Origin: Octopus sinensis
Taxonomy: Eukaryota
Direction of reading: 5' to 3'
Assembly (NCBI RefSeq): GCF_006345805.1
Contig: NC_043014.1
Span: 15,190,001-15,254,000 of the forward strand
Length of the DNA stretch: 64,000 nucleotides
The position numbers and the translations under genes are program-made. A model generated the notes under the pieces. It saw nothing but the letters and a program-made list of their open reading frames with translations, searched no databases and was not told the DNA's origin. This document shows positions 37,782 through 49,975 of the stretch, piece by piece. Within the stretch, counting starts at the first letter, position 1, and every line of letters begins with the position of its first letter.

Positions 37782-38120
37782 AACAAGAGTACTCAGAGAG
37801 CACAAACCTCCACCCAGGCAACACCAATGTCCTCTCAACAATTAGCCAGAGATGATTTTTAAAACAACAATATCTGAAATAAACTCGACTCCTCTCATAA
37901 AGGAGATGCCCTCAAAAATTAAGTAAAAAAATGGAAAAATAATCCAGAATTGCTGTCCGGTACCGGATCGATCCTAAAATCTAATCTGTTCATTCCAGTC
38001 ATGAGGCCAAACATCCCTAAAAGTTTCAACTGAATCCATCCAGCAGTTATTGAAATATCATGTCCACGGACAAACAAATATGACTGAAAACAATACCTCC
38101 GCCTTTGCTAAGCCAGAGAT
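37782..38120 (+). mobile_element. Non-autonomous Helentron/DINE-1-like element
   Basis: 5' AACAAGAG.ACTCAGAGA..ACAAAC.TC..CCAAGG, (CAAA)n, 3' hairpin ACCTCCGCC-TTTGCTAA-GG.GGAGGT. Copies at 39586-39950 and 18690-18945 (5'-truncated). Confidence 0.6.
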
Positions 38121-38121
38121 G

Positions 38122-38173
<52 letters not shown>

Positions 38174-38207
38174 TAATAATAATAATAATAACAACAACAA
38201 CAACAAT

Positions 38208-38560
38208 ATGGAAAAATACAGACTACTAAAAGATGAAATTGCAAGAATGTGGGCAATGAGAAGAAAACTATTATCCCAGTAGTTGTAGGGGCACTTAGAG
38301 CTCTAATAACCATGTTCGAGAAATATTTTGAAGAAATTGGAATTGATGAGGGTAGAGCAGGCTCCCCAAAAAACTGCACTATTGGGGGCAGCTAGGATTT
38401 TGAGATTAATGCTTGGGTGTCTTCCACAATAAGTTAACATCCAAGTACCCACAGAAAGAGACCCTGTGAGACCTCTGACAATATGTTGCTGTCCACTCTC
38501 ACAGAATCAACCAGAGCAAGTAAGACTGAGAACTTTGAGAAGTAATAATAATAATAATCA
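38208..38560 (+). mobile_element. 5'-truncated R4/Dong-like retrotransposon (endonuclease C-terminus plus 3'UTR)
   Basis: Frameshifted EKYRLLKDEIARMWAMRR/IIPVVVGALRAL...FEEIGI/QKTALLGAARILRLMLG. Preceded by (AAT)n(AAC)n and ending in (AAT)n. Confidence 0.8.
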
Positions 38561-39947
38561 TAGGCGCAGGAGTGGCTGTGTGGTAAGTAGCTTGCTTACC
38601 AACCACATGGATCCGGGTTCAGTCCCACTGCGTGGCATCTTGGGCAAGTGTCTTCTGCTATAGCCCCGGGCCGACCAATGCCTTGTGAGTGGACTTGGTA
38701 GACGGAAACTGAAAGAAGCCTGTCGTATATATGTATATATATATGTATGTGTGTGTATGTTTGTGTGTCTGTGTTTGTCCCCCTAGCATTGCTTGACAAC
38801 CGATGCTGGTGTGTTTACATCCCCGTCACTTAGCGGTTCGGCACAAGAGACCGATAGTATAAGTACTGGGCTTACAAAGAATAAGTCCCGGGGTCGATTT
38901 GCTCGACAAAAGGCAGTGCTCCAGCATGGCCGCAGTCAAATGACTGAAACAAGTAAAAGAGTAAAAGAGAGTATCCTTTCTGCAACAGACACAAGGCCTG
39001 AAATATGTATTTTAAGGCTAAATAATAATTCTGTTTATGTTTGCATAACTGAGATATTTTTGTTTGGATTATATAGTTATTGGTTTTATACTTCTTTCTA
39101 TATTCTGTAATTGTCACAATATAGAAACGTTTCTCATGGCACCAGCAGAATTTTTCCATGTTTTCCGTGAATTTGGGAGTGGGGGGGACTAGTCGATTAC
39201 ATCAACCCTTGTGTTTTACTGGTATTTAATTTATTGACCTCAAAAGAATGAAAGGCAAAGTCAACCTCGGTGAAATTTGAACTCATAACATAGCGACAGG
39301 CGAAATACCGCTAAGTATTTCGTCCAGTATCCTAACAATTCTACCAGCTCGCCTCCTAATAGTTTCAGCTGAAATTTTGTGATAGGGGACTAGTCAACTA
39401 CACTGACCCCATTGCTTGACTGGTACCTATTTCATCAATCCCAAAAGGATGAAAAGCAAAGTTGACCTTGATGGAATTTGACTCAGAATGTAAAAATAGA
39501 CAAAAAAAAAAGCCAAGCACCAAGCCTGACATGCCAACAACTCTGCCAACTCGCCAATAGTAGTAGTAGTAGTAGTAGTAACAACAACAAGAGCACTCAG
39601 AGAACACAAACTTCTATCAAGGCAACACCAATGTCCTCCCAAAGATTAGCCAGAGATGATTCTTAAAATGAGAATATCTGAAATAAACTCGACTGTTCTC
39701 ATAAATGAAAATACTAAAAATGAACCTGACCACTCTCAAAAATTAAGTAAAAAACAGGAAAAATTATCCAAAATCCTTATCTGGTCCTGGATCAATCCCC
39801 AAATCTAATCAGTTCATGTTAGTCATGAGGCCAAACATCCCTGAAAATTTCATTTGAATCCATCCAATGGCTATTGAGATATCTTGTCAACGGACAAACA
39901 AACAAACATGACTTGAAAGCAATACCTCTGCCTTCTCTAAGGTGGAG

Positions 39948-39983
<36 letters not shown>

Positions 39984-41030
39984 ACTAGCTGGACCTGTGA
40001 AAAATTCACAAAAAACATAAAAAATGTAAGCATCTGTAAATTGTGTGCTGGTGCCATGAGAAATGTTTCTTGTCATATTCTGTGTGAGGTTGAATCTTCC
40101 TAAGAACTAAGTTAATGATACGCATGTCTGTGGAGTACTCAGCCACTTGCGAGTTAATTTTATTCTCGTGTGGTAATAAAAAGTGAAAGCCACATCCAAT
40201 ATTGGCTGTGTTCATGAGCAAAGTTGACTTTGATGTGATTTGAACTCAGAACATAAAGAGTCAGAAGAAACACAGCTGAGCATTTAGTCCAATGTTGAAG
40301 GTCTTATGAGATTTTCCTGTACAAGTGTCTTCTGCTATAGCCCCGGGCCAACCAATGCCTTGTGAGTGGATTTGGTAGACGGAAACTGAAAGAAGCCTGT
40401 CGTATATATGTATATATAAGTCCCGGGGTCGAGTTGCTCGATTAAAGGCGGTGCTCCAGCATGGCTGCAGTCAAATGACTGAAACAAGTAAAAGAGTAAA
40501 AGAGATTGACCATGAGATTCAAGGAAGATGACCAAATCTTTGAATTCAGAACATAAAGCCAGAAGAAATGCCGCTAATCGTTCTTCCTGGCAACTGATTC
40601 TGCCCACTCACTGCCTTAGCGTCTATGGTTTAATAATAATGATTTAGCAATAATGTTCTTTTGACACACATATTCAATCTGTGCTCTACTTGTTTTTCTG
40701 GCACACTACAATTTAGCACAGTGGAGATGACTCCATCAAAGTACAAGGTGTTAAATCACCTGAAAGTCACACACAGGTGAAACAACTCAACACAAGTCCC
40801 TTTCAGGAGCGATGGACAGGACGCCAGTCCATTGCAGCATTACTCAAGAAACAGGAAGAGAGAGTGAGAGAAAGTTGGGGCAAAAGAGAACAACAGGGGT
40901 CGCCACCCCTCCTGCCGGAGCCTCGTGGATCTTTTAGGTGTTTACGCTCAATTCCGGTCTGGAATCAAAACCGCAATCCTCCGACCGCGAGTCTGCTGCC
41001 CTAACCACTGGGCCATTGCGCCTCCACAAT

Positions 41031-41098
<68 letters not shown>

Positions 41099-41454
41099 TG
41101 CTATTATAGGCACAAGGCCTAAAATTTTGGGTGTGGGGTTAGTCGATTACATCGACCGTGTTTCGCTGGTAGTCAATTTATTGATCCTGAAAGGATGAAA
41201 GAAAAAGTCGACCTCGGCGGAATTTGAACTCAGAACGTAGCGGCAGGCGAATTACCACTAAGCATTTCGTCCAGTGTGCTAACGATTCAGCCAGCTTGTC
41301 ACCTTATTAATAATCATAATAACGACAACATATGTGAGAAAATAGGCAAGGTTCTCATGCCATTGCCATGAGAAATGATTTTTTTATGTTTTAATTAATA
41401 TTCAGGAATTTTTTTTCCATGCAAAGCAGTTTCAAAAGTAATAAACTACTGTGC

Positions 41455-42045
41455 TGCTGGTGTGGTGTTAGTGGTGGTGGTAGTGATGATAATGATGATG
41501 GTAGTGGTGGTGGTGGTAGTGGTGATAGGGTTGCTGATGATGGGGATTGTAGTGGTAGTTATTACAATAATAATAATGATGGTGGTGGTGGTAATACTGG
41601 CAGAAGGGGTGGTCATGATTATGATGGTGGTTGTGGTGGCGGTGGTAGTTTTAGTAGTAGCAGCAGCAGTAGGAGAAGTAGTAGTGGCAATGGTAGCGTT
41701 GGTTGTAGCAGCAGTAGTAGTAGTAGTGATGGTGATAGCAGTAGTAGTATTAGTGGTGGTGGTGGTGGTGGTAGTAGTAGTAGTGGCGGTGGTGGTGGTG
41801 GTGGTAGTAGTAGTAGTGGTGGTGGTAGTTGGTGATGGTGGTAATAGTAGGAGCAATAGTAACAGTGTCTGTAGTAGTGATGATGGTACTGGTGTTAGTA
41901 GTGGTAGTAATAATAGTAGCAACAGTAGTAGTAATAGTTGAATTAATGATGTTGATAGTAATGGTGGTGGTGGTGGTGGTGGTGTGGTAACTGATAATAA
42001 CAGCAGTAGTGGCAGGTGGTAGTGGTGGTGGTGGTGTTAGCGGTT
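41455..42045. repeat. Compound trinucleotide low-complexity tract (GGT/AGT/GAT/AGC)
   Basis: About 590 bp of mixed cryptic trinucleotide repeats. Confidence 0.85.
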
Positions 42046-43014
42046 GTAAATTCTACTGAGAAAGACAGGCAACAGAGATGAAACTCAATGTTAAGGTTAA
42101 TAGCATGAGGTGAGCTCAAAAAAATAAATAAAATATAATAAAAAATATAAAAAATGAAAAATAAAATAAAAAGAGGAGAGGTATGAGGAGAAGGTAAGGA
42201 AGACAGGAAGGTTACCATCTGCGTTCAGCCTGTGAACTTAACGAGTAAAGTTTAACAAGCCTGTGTTCTTGAATTTTAGATGTTCACACTTATTTATTTA
42301 GAAGCACAGGCATGGCTGTGTAGAAAGAAGTTCGCTTCCCAACGACATGGTTTCAGGTTCAGTCCAACTGCATGGCCAGTGCATTTCATAGATGGAAACT
42401 GTTTGGAAGCCCATCACATATATATATATATGTGTGTATGTATATCATCATCATCATCATCATCATCGTTTAACGTCCGTTCTCCATGCTAGCATGGGTT
42501 GGACGGTTCGACCGGGGATCTGGGAAGCCAGAAGGCTGCACCAGGCTCCAGTCTTATCTGGCAATGTTTCTACAGCTGGATGCCCTTCCTAACGCCAACC
42601 ACTCCGTGAGTGTAGTGGGTGCCTTTTACGTGCCACGTGCACAGGTGCCAGGCGAGGCTGGCAACGGCCACGGTCGGATTGGTGTAATTTACGTGCCACC
42701 GGCACGGAAGCCAGTCGAGGCGGCGCTGGCATCGGCCACGAGTCGGATAGTGCTTTTTACGTACCACCAGACCAGGGATCCTGGCTGGTTCAATTCGATT
42801 TCGCTTGCCCCAACATGTCTTCACAAGCAAAGGGGGTTGGCATGGGTGCCTGTCGTCGGATGAGGTTCTATATCGACTTCGCTTGCCTCAACAGGTCTTT
42901 GTGTCCAAGGGAGGAAAGGCATGCATAAGTGGGCTGGGCTCACTTGTCCTGCCTGGTCTTCTCACGTATAGAGATAGATAAATATATATGTGCACATACA
43001 ACGTGTGTGTGTGC

Positions 43015-43059
<45 letters not shown>

Positions 43060-43063
<4 letters not shown>

Positions 43064-43246
43064 ATCCAAACATGAAAACACAACAACGCGAGGACGTGGA
43101 ACAAGTATAGTAATATTGGACGCTCAGGAAAGAAGGAGGGTTTAACATTTCGAGTGGAGCTCTTCGTCAGAAACATAGGAAAAGGAAAGATCCAAAGAAG
43201 GGAAGACAGAGGAAAAAAAATCGCCAACGGTACACAAGCGGTTACA
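43060..43246 (-). mobile_element. ~190-bp Penelope-derived non-autonomous element with a hammerhead motif, copy 1
   Basis: Embedded in (TA)n. Homologous to 46626-46830. Minus strand GTTT CTGACGA A GAG CTCCA CTC GAAAT GT T AAAC. Confidence 0.75.
43140..43174 (-). ncRNA. Minimal type I hammerhead ribozyme motif
   Basis: Stem I GTTT/AAAC, core CUGACGA, stem II GAG/CTC, GAAA, loop-less palindromic stem III, putative cleavage after GUU. Activity untested. Confidence 0.65.
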
Positions 43247-43268
43247 TTTATATATTCTATTATATATA

Positions 43269-43560
43269 TATTCTGTTGTGTCTGGGGAGAGTCATTTTCT
43301 TTTTGTGCCTTATTATGTAACACACCAGTAAAATTTCCACGTTTTTCTTATTTTTATTGTCCTAAAATTTTTGTAGCGTCTTGCAACCTTTTCAATAGTT
43401 TTGCAATCTTTTCAATAGAGTCAAAACTATTGAAAAGGTTGCAAGACGTAACGAAAATTTTAGGAAAATAAAAATAAGAAAAACGTGGAAATTTTACCGG
43501 TGAGTGTGTTATGTAATAAGGCACAAAAAGAAAATGACTCTCCCCAGACACAATAGAATA
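43269..43560. mobile_element. Fold-back MITE (about 135-bp inverted arms, 18-nt spacer)
   Basis: TATTCTGTTGTGTCTGGGGAGAGTCATTTTC...GTTTTG (ending 43403) mirrored from 43422 to ...GACTCTCCCCAGACACAATAGAATA. Confidence 0.9.
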
Positions 43561-44040
43561 TGCTTCAACACACGAACTCATATAAAGAATCTTGCAAACC
43601 AAATCCCAAAACGAAATATATATATATATATATCATCATCATTTAACTTCTGCTTTCCATGCTGGCATGGGTTGGACGATTTGACTAAGGACTGGCGAAC
43701 CAGATGGCAACACCAAGCTCCAATCTGATCTGGCAGAATTTCTACAGCTGGATGCCCTTCCTAACGCCAACCACTCTGAGAGTGTAGTGGGTGCTTTTAT
43801 GTGCCACCGGCATGAGGGCCAGTTAGACGGTACTGGCAATGGCCACGCTCAAATGGTTTTTTTTTTACGTGCCACCTGCACAGGAGCCAGTCCAGCGGCA
43901 CTGGCAACGACCATGCTTGAATGTTTTTTTCACGTGCCACCGGCACAAGTGCCAGTAAGGCGACGCTGTTAACAATCACGCAGAATTTTTGTGTATGTGT
44001 GAGTGTGTGTATGTGAAAGAAAGAGGACATATATATATAT

Positions 44041-44069
<29 letters not shown>

Positions 44070-44085
<16 letters not shown>

Positions 44086-44188
44086 ATATCAGTATCAGTG
44101 TGTGTATATGTGTGTATGTGAGGGAGAGAGAGAGAGAGAGGGTGTGTTAGAGCCAGAGTGAGAGAGAGAAAGAGTGTGTGTTAGAGCT

Positions 44189-44232
<44 letters not shown>

Positions 44233-44960
44233 TGTGTATATGCTGAGTGGTACTGAGTGTATCTGTGGGACTGAACCCAAAACCATGTGGTTAGGAAGCC
44301 AACTTCTTACCACACAGCCACGCATGCACTATTGAAACGTCAAAATATGTCACCTTGTACTTCGCTCATAAATCAATATTTGGAAGAAAAAAAAGGAAAA
44401 AAAAAAAAAAAAAAAAAAGAAGAAGAATTCAAATTCAGAAGAAAAGTGAAGTTTATGGAATAATATGAAAACACAGCACTGATTGTACAGAAATTGCCGT
44501 CAGCTTGAACTAAAGCTTTTGAATGGCTGTTTGATATATATTGCTGAGTCAGTAAACAAGAGACCACAGTTATAGTATGCACTGCGACACAGTTCAATTC
44601 ACACGAAGAGCAAAAGTGGGCGGACGTTAAGTGCATTGCTTGCACAGAGCACAATCCTGTTTTTGTTGATTGTACAACACTGAATTGAATAAGAGACAAA
44701 ACAAGTTACAGTAATAACAGACACAGACACAAACAGATACACAAATACACACATGCACTTACGCATAAACAAACACTCATGACCATATACATATATGCAT
44801 AACCATGCATGTATATGTGTGTATATATATATTATATATATATATATATGTATGTATATATCAGTATCAGTGTGTGTATATGTGTGTATGTGAGGGAGAG
44901 AGAGAGAGAGAGGGTGTGTTAGAGCCAGAGTGAGAGAGAGAAAGAGTGTGTGTTAGAGCT

Positions 44961-44998
<38 letters not shown>

Positions 44999-45580
44999 TG
45001 TGTATATGCTGAGTGGTACTGAGTGTATCTGTGGGACTGAACCCAAAACCATGTGGTTAGGAAGCCAACTTCTTACCACACAGCCACGCATGCACTATTG
45101 AAACGTCAAAATATGTCACCTTGTACTTCGCTCATAAATCAATATTTGGAAGAAAAAAAAGGAAAAAAAAAAGAAGAAGAATTCAAATTCAGAAGAAAAG
45201 TGAAGTTTATGGAATAATATGAAAACACAGCACTGATTGTACAGAAATTGCCGTCAGCTTGAACTAAAGCTTTTGAATGGCTGTTTGATATATATTGCTG
45301 AGTCAGTAAACAAGAGACCACAGTTATAGTATGCACTGCGACACAGTTCAATTCACACGAAGAGCAAAAGTGGGCGGACGTTAAGTGCATTGCTTGCACA
45401 GAGCACAATCCTGTTTTTGTTGATTGTACAACACTGAATTGAATAAGAGACAAAACAAGTTACAGTAATAACAGACACAGACACAAACAGATACACAAAT
45501 ACACACATGCACTTACGCATAAACAAACACTCATGACCATATACATATATGCATAACCATGCATGTATATGTGTGTATAT

Positions 45581-45595
<15 letters not shown>
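44070..45595. repeat. Near-identical tandem duplication of a ~760-bp unit
   Basis: Offset is 772 bp at the unit start and 754 bp further in. Visible differences are confined to (GA)n, A-run and (TA)n lengths. Confidence 0.9.
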
Positions 45596-45626
<31 letters not shown>

Positions 45627-45819
45627 TGCACATACATGTGCACACACTCAATACAGAAACACATACATATACATGCGCATATACATACACGTATACATAA
45701 CATATGACACGCACACACACACATTATATATACACTCACACACAACAATACACATATATATGCACAGATATATTTGCACTAATCAGAGCATGGGGGCTGG
45801 GTGTATATTTAGAGATAGA

Positions 45820-45862
<43 letters not shown>

Positions 45863-46574
45863 TCATCATCATCATCATCATTTAACATCCGCTTTCCATG
45901 CTAGCATGGGTTGGACGGTTCAACTGGGGTCTGGGGAGCCCGAAAGCTGCACCAGTCCAGTCAGATCTGGCAGTGTTTCTACAGCTGGATGCCCTTCATA
46001 ACGCCAACCACTCCGAGAGTGTAGTGGGTGATTTTATGTGCCACCGACACAGGTGCCAGACGAGGCTGGCAAACGGCCACGCTCGGATGGTGTTTTTTAT
46101 GTGCCACCGACACAGGTGCCAGACGAGGCTGGCAGACGGCCACGCTCGGATGGTGTTTTTATGTGCCACCGACACAGGTGCCAGATGAGGCTGGCAAACG
46201 GCCACGATCGGATAGTGCTTGTTACGTGCCCACAGCACGGAGGTCAGTCGATGCGGTACTGGCTACGGCCACGTTCGGATGGTTTTATTGTGTGCCACGT
46301 GCCACCGGCACTGGTACCACAAAGATACAAATTCCATTGATGTTCATCTATTTTGATTTGTTTTGATTTGATTTTCACTTGCCTCAACAGGTCTTCACAA
46401 GTGTCACAAGAAGGAAGGTATGCACAGGTGGACTGACTACGTCCCAGGTAGGGGCCATGGGTTATGGCCTGACTAGTCTTGCCGGGTCTTCGGATGGTGT
46501 TTTTTATGTGCCACCGACACAGGTGCTAGATGAGGCTGGCGAACGGCCACGATCGGATGGTGTTTGTCATGTGC

Positions 46575-46625
<51 letters not shown>

Positions 46626-46627
<2 letters not shown>

Positions 46628-46830
46628 TAATCCAAACATGAAAGCACAAAAAAACACAACAACGCGAGGGCGTGGAACAAATATAGTATTATTGGACGCT
46701 CAGGAAAGAAGGAAAGAAGGAGGGTTTAACGTTTCGAGCGGAGCTCTTCATCGGAAACATAGGAGAAGGAAAGATCCAGAGAAGGGAAGACAGAGGGGAA
46801 AAAAAAATCGCCAACGGTACACACGCGGTC
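46626..46830 (-). mobile_element. ~200-bp Penelope-derived hammerhead element, copy 2
   Basis: Embedded in (TA)n. Motif at 46724-46758: GTTT CCGATGA A GAGC TCC GCTC GAAAC GT T AAAC, with a U-to-C change in the core. Confidence 0.75.
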
Positions 46831-47219
46831 ATATATATATATATATATATTTATATAATGGGAGGCAATGTATGTGTGGGTGTTTGCATCTGCATGTGTG
46901 TGCGTGTGCACACATGTGCATATTCAAAGACATACACACTCAAAGACAACAAAAGAAACACATTATACATACATAAACATATTATCAGTAATTTGTGCAT
47001 TGGGCAGCAAGATATTTAGAGACAGATGTATATATAATGAAAGCTCAATACATGTGCAGGTGCTTCTGTTTGTATGTGTATAGATGTGTGTGTGTGTATA
47101 TACATACACACACATATACATTCTATATGTATATATATTACCTATTGTTTATGCATATCAAAAGTACACATTATGGAAAGCAGTTGGCAAATAAACACAG
47201 ACTATATATATATATATAA

Positions 47220-47760
47220 GAGATAATGGTGTCATTGAAACCTAAAGGTGTCAGGTAATGCTGAATAAGTGCTATAGACAGACCATAGTTAAGTTCCAGA
47301 TTTGGTATTTTTGCGAATAAGGGGTTCGACGTTGGTTCTATGTCAGTGTATGTATACAGGAATTTTTTTGCATAATAAGATAAAAAACCAAGGCTGTGTA
47401 GATATTAGAGCATTTATAGATAGAAGGCCTTACAGCTGTTTCTAAGATATTTATTAATTATATCCCTTCATCAGAGATGGTGTGAGAGGATAGTTAAGTC
47501 ATAGTTAGTTTAGATGTAATACAAAACAGAGTGAGGGGGAGGATAGAAAATAGATGCAAGATGTGTATGGATATTGAAGTTGGAAATCCATTTTTAGGCA
47601 TAATGGTATATATGCAATATTCCAATATCCTATGAGTAAAGTCTAACAGAGTTTAAAATGAGTCCTTCCAAATATAGAGTTTATAAGCAATGTAAGATTC
47701 TCATAAGGGAATCTTACATTGTTATCATGTATATGTTTTGTCTTGGTATAAAAAATTGGC
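47220..47760 (-). mobile_element. Penelope-like element remnant (GIY-YIG relic followed by a hammerhead motif)
   Basis: Frameshifted KLYI/GRT at about 47661-47682. TCT CTGATGA A GGGATAT..ATATCTT A GAAAC AGCT GT A AGG at 47428-47477. Confidence 0.6.
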
Positions 47761-48223
47761 TACAGCATATATTCTGCTCAATATCACAGATTTGTTTGTC
47801 AGTTGTTTGACCTTAATCACTTGAGCATGTTCCTTGGTGGTGGACAATATGTGCATCTCTGATCATGAGCAGAAGTAGTCGGGGTGCATCATAGCCATGT
47901 ATTGAGAGGAATTCTTTGGAGATTGAATAATTCACCTCTGGAAACATGGGTGTTTCATTCAATATCCTTAAACAACCCTTATTCAAGGACCTTTTGGGGG
48001 TTAGGGTTAGGGGATGAACTACTCAATCTGAAGAAAATTTGAACCGGGGCCCCACCTGCAAGGTCATGCACTGTTTATTTTGATATGAGATCACCATGTC
48101 ACACACATGGTTGTGATGCATGTGCCTGGTGTACCCTTATCAAACAGGTAGTCATGAGGGGTATATTGGGCTTCGTATATTTGTACCCATGTCACTTTGA
48201 TGGCATGCGCTGCTCTCACACTC

Positions 48224-48259
<36 letters not shown>

Positions 48260-48260
<1 letters not shown>

Positions 48261-48505
48261 TGGAGGCACATGGCTTAGTGGTTTGGGTGTCAGCATCATG
48301 ATCGTAAGATTGTGGTTTCGATTCTTGGACAGGGCGACGCGTTGTGTTCTTGAGCAAAATACTTCATTTCACATTGCTCCAGTCCACTCAGCTGGCAAAA
48401 ATGAGTAACGCTGTGATGACTGGCGTCCTGTCCAGCTGGGGACCACATACGCCACAGAAACCAGGCCCATAAGCCTGGCTAGGCTTTAAAAAGGGTGCAT
48501 TTATT
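48260..48505 (+). mobile_element. tRNA-derived SINE family E (V-domain-like GACTGGCGTCCTGTCCAG segment)
   Basis: A and B boxes, family A core, different tail ending AAAAGGG..CATTTATTATT. Second copy at 49977-50230. Confidence 0.8.
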
Positions 48506-49042
48506 ATTTTTAATAATAATAATATCTGTATAAATACTGATAAAATGTTAACTGTTCTGGTACTTGACTTTTGACCCACTCTGTATTTGTATCGCTATCA
48601 ATCCCAATGGAAAGTTAGCACGTATGTTTTCCTACACCTGACTTATGTATTGAGTGCCCCAGTATTTGTGTTCAGACTAACAATAAGCATAAAATATGAC
48701 TGTGCAGTTAAGTAGCTCGCTTCGCAATCATGCGGTTTTTTGGGGTTCAGCCTCACTTCATGGCACTTTGAGCAAAGTGACGTTGGTGGTGGGGGTGGGT
48801 GGGGGGAATACAATGGCAGGATAGTATAGAGGTGGGGAGCAGGTGATGATGAAAGACAGGGGATGAAAGGTACATGCAGATTGCTGGGAAGAGGAGGGGA
48901 GGAATGTGCATTACAGAAGAGCAGCGTGAGGTGCATGGTGGAAGGGCAATAAAAGATGTGCCACACACAAATACAACCTTCATATATGTAAATATTATAC
49001 CCTAAACACAAACACACATGCAGAATACCTGTGTGTATGCGT

Positions 49043-49083
<41 letters not shown>

Positions 49084-49385
49084 TGTGAGGTTCGGTGTTG
49101 TCAAGACATGTAAAAACAAAAACCCCCTTTAAGATGGTGCATGGGTTGGGTTTTATACAAGCGTGACTTTGCTAAGACAGACACAGACAGACAGACAGAC
49201 AGAGAAGGGGAGATGGGGAGGAGCAAAGATAATTGAAGAATTTACTGTTTTAAAGAAAACAGTAAAATAGTCCCGCTTTCTGTGCACATGTGTATGCGCG
49301 TATATGCATAAGTATATGTGCATACATATGGGTTTGTGTACCATTCTCTCTCTCTCTCTCTCTCTCTCTCTTATATATATATATA

Positions 49386-49418
<33 letters not shown>

Positions 49419-49874
49419 CATATATGTATGTGAGTGTGTATATACATATACAAACGCATACACATACACACATGCACATAAGTGTATACATATGTGCATG
49501 CATGTGAATTTGTACATGTATCTTGCTATCTCTCTTCTCCCCCCCCACACACACTCACACCACACCACACACGTGCGCACGTTGCACAAACAAACAACAC
49601 ACAGGGGTCCCAATGAATTTTGATAACTCACTCTGCAGGTTCAGCTCAAAAGTCTAGGGGGTCATGTTTCAGTTACACAGTATGCACCCTTTCAGGGAGA
49701 TTCTGGAAATAGCAGGTAGGGTCGGCCGGCTGTTGGTGCAAGCACCGTGATAGCAGATTCTGCGGGTGCTAGGATTACTAAGTACAAATGAAAAACACAC
49801 TGAAAGGAGTACCAATGACAAGAAAATTTCTGATTGGGATAGAGGAAATAGATCTCATATATGTAATACGATAC

Positions 49875-49975
49875 ATAATATATAATATAATATAATATAA
49901 TATAATATAATATAATATAATATAATATAATATAATATAATATAATATAATATAGTATAGTATAATATATAATAT
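49875..49975. repeat. (ATATA)n pentanucleotide microsatellite
   Basis: Direct reading. A second tract lies at about 50240-50310. Confidence 0.9.

Noticed and set aside
41419-41941. Gly/Ser-rich, Thr-rich and Val-rich 138-159 aa ORFs as a mucin or glycine-rich protein
   Set aside because: Open in three readings on both strands because of trinucleotide periodicity. No unique domain or splice context.
46028-46366. Repeat-peptide ORFs and a CRISPR-like appearance of the 62-bp array
   Set aside because: The units are contiguous with no unique spacers, lie inside a dispersed retroposon in a eukaryotic genome, and have no cas genes.
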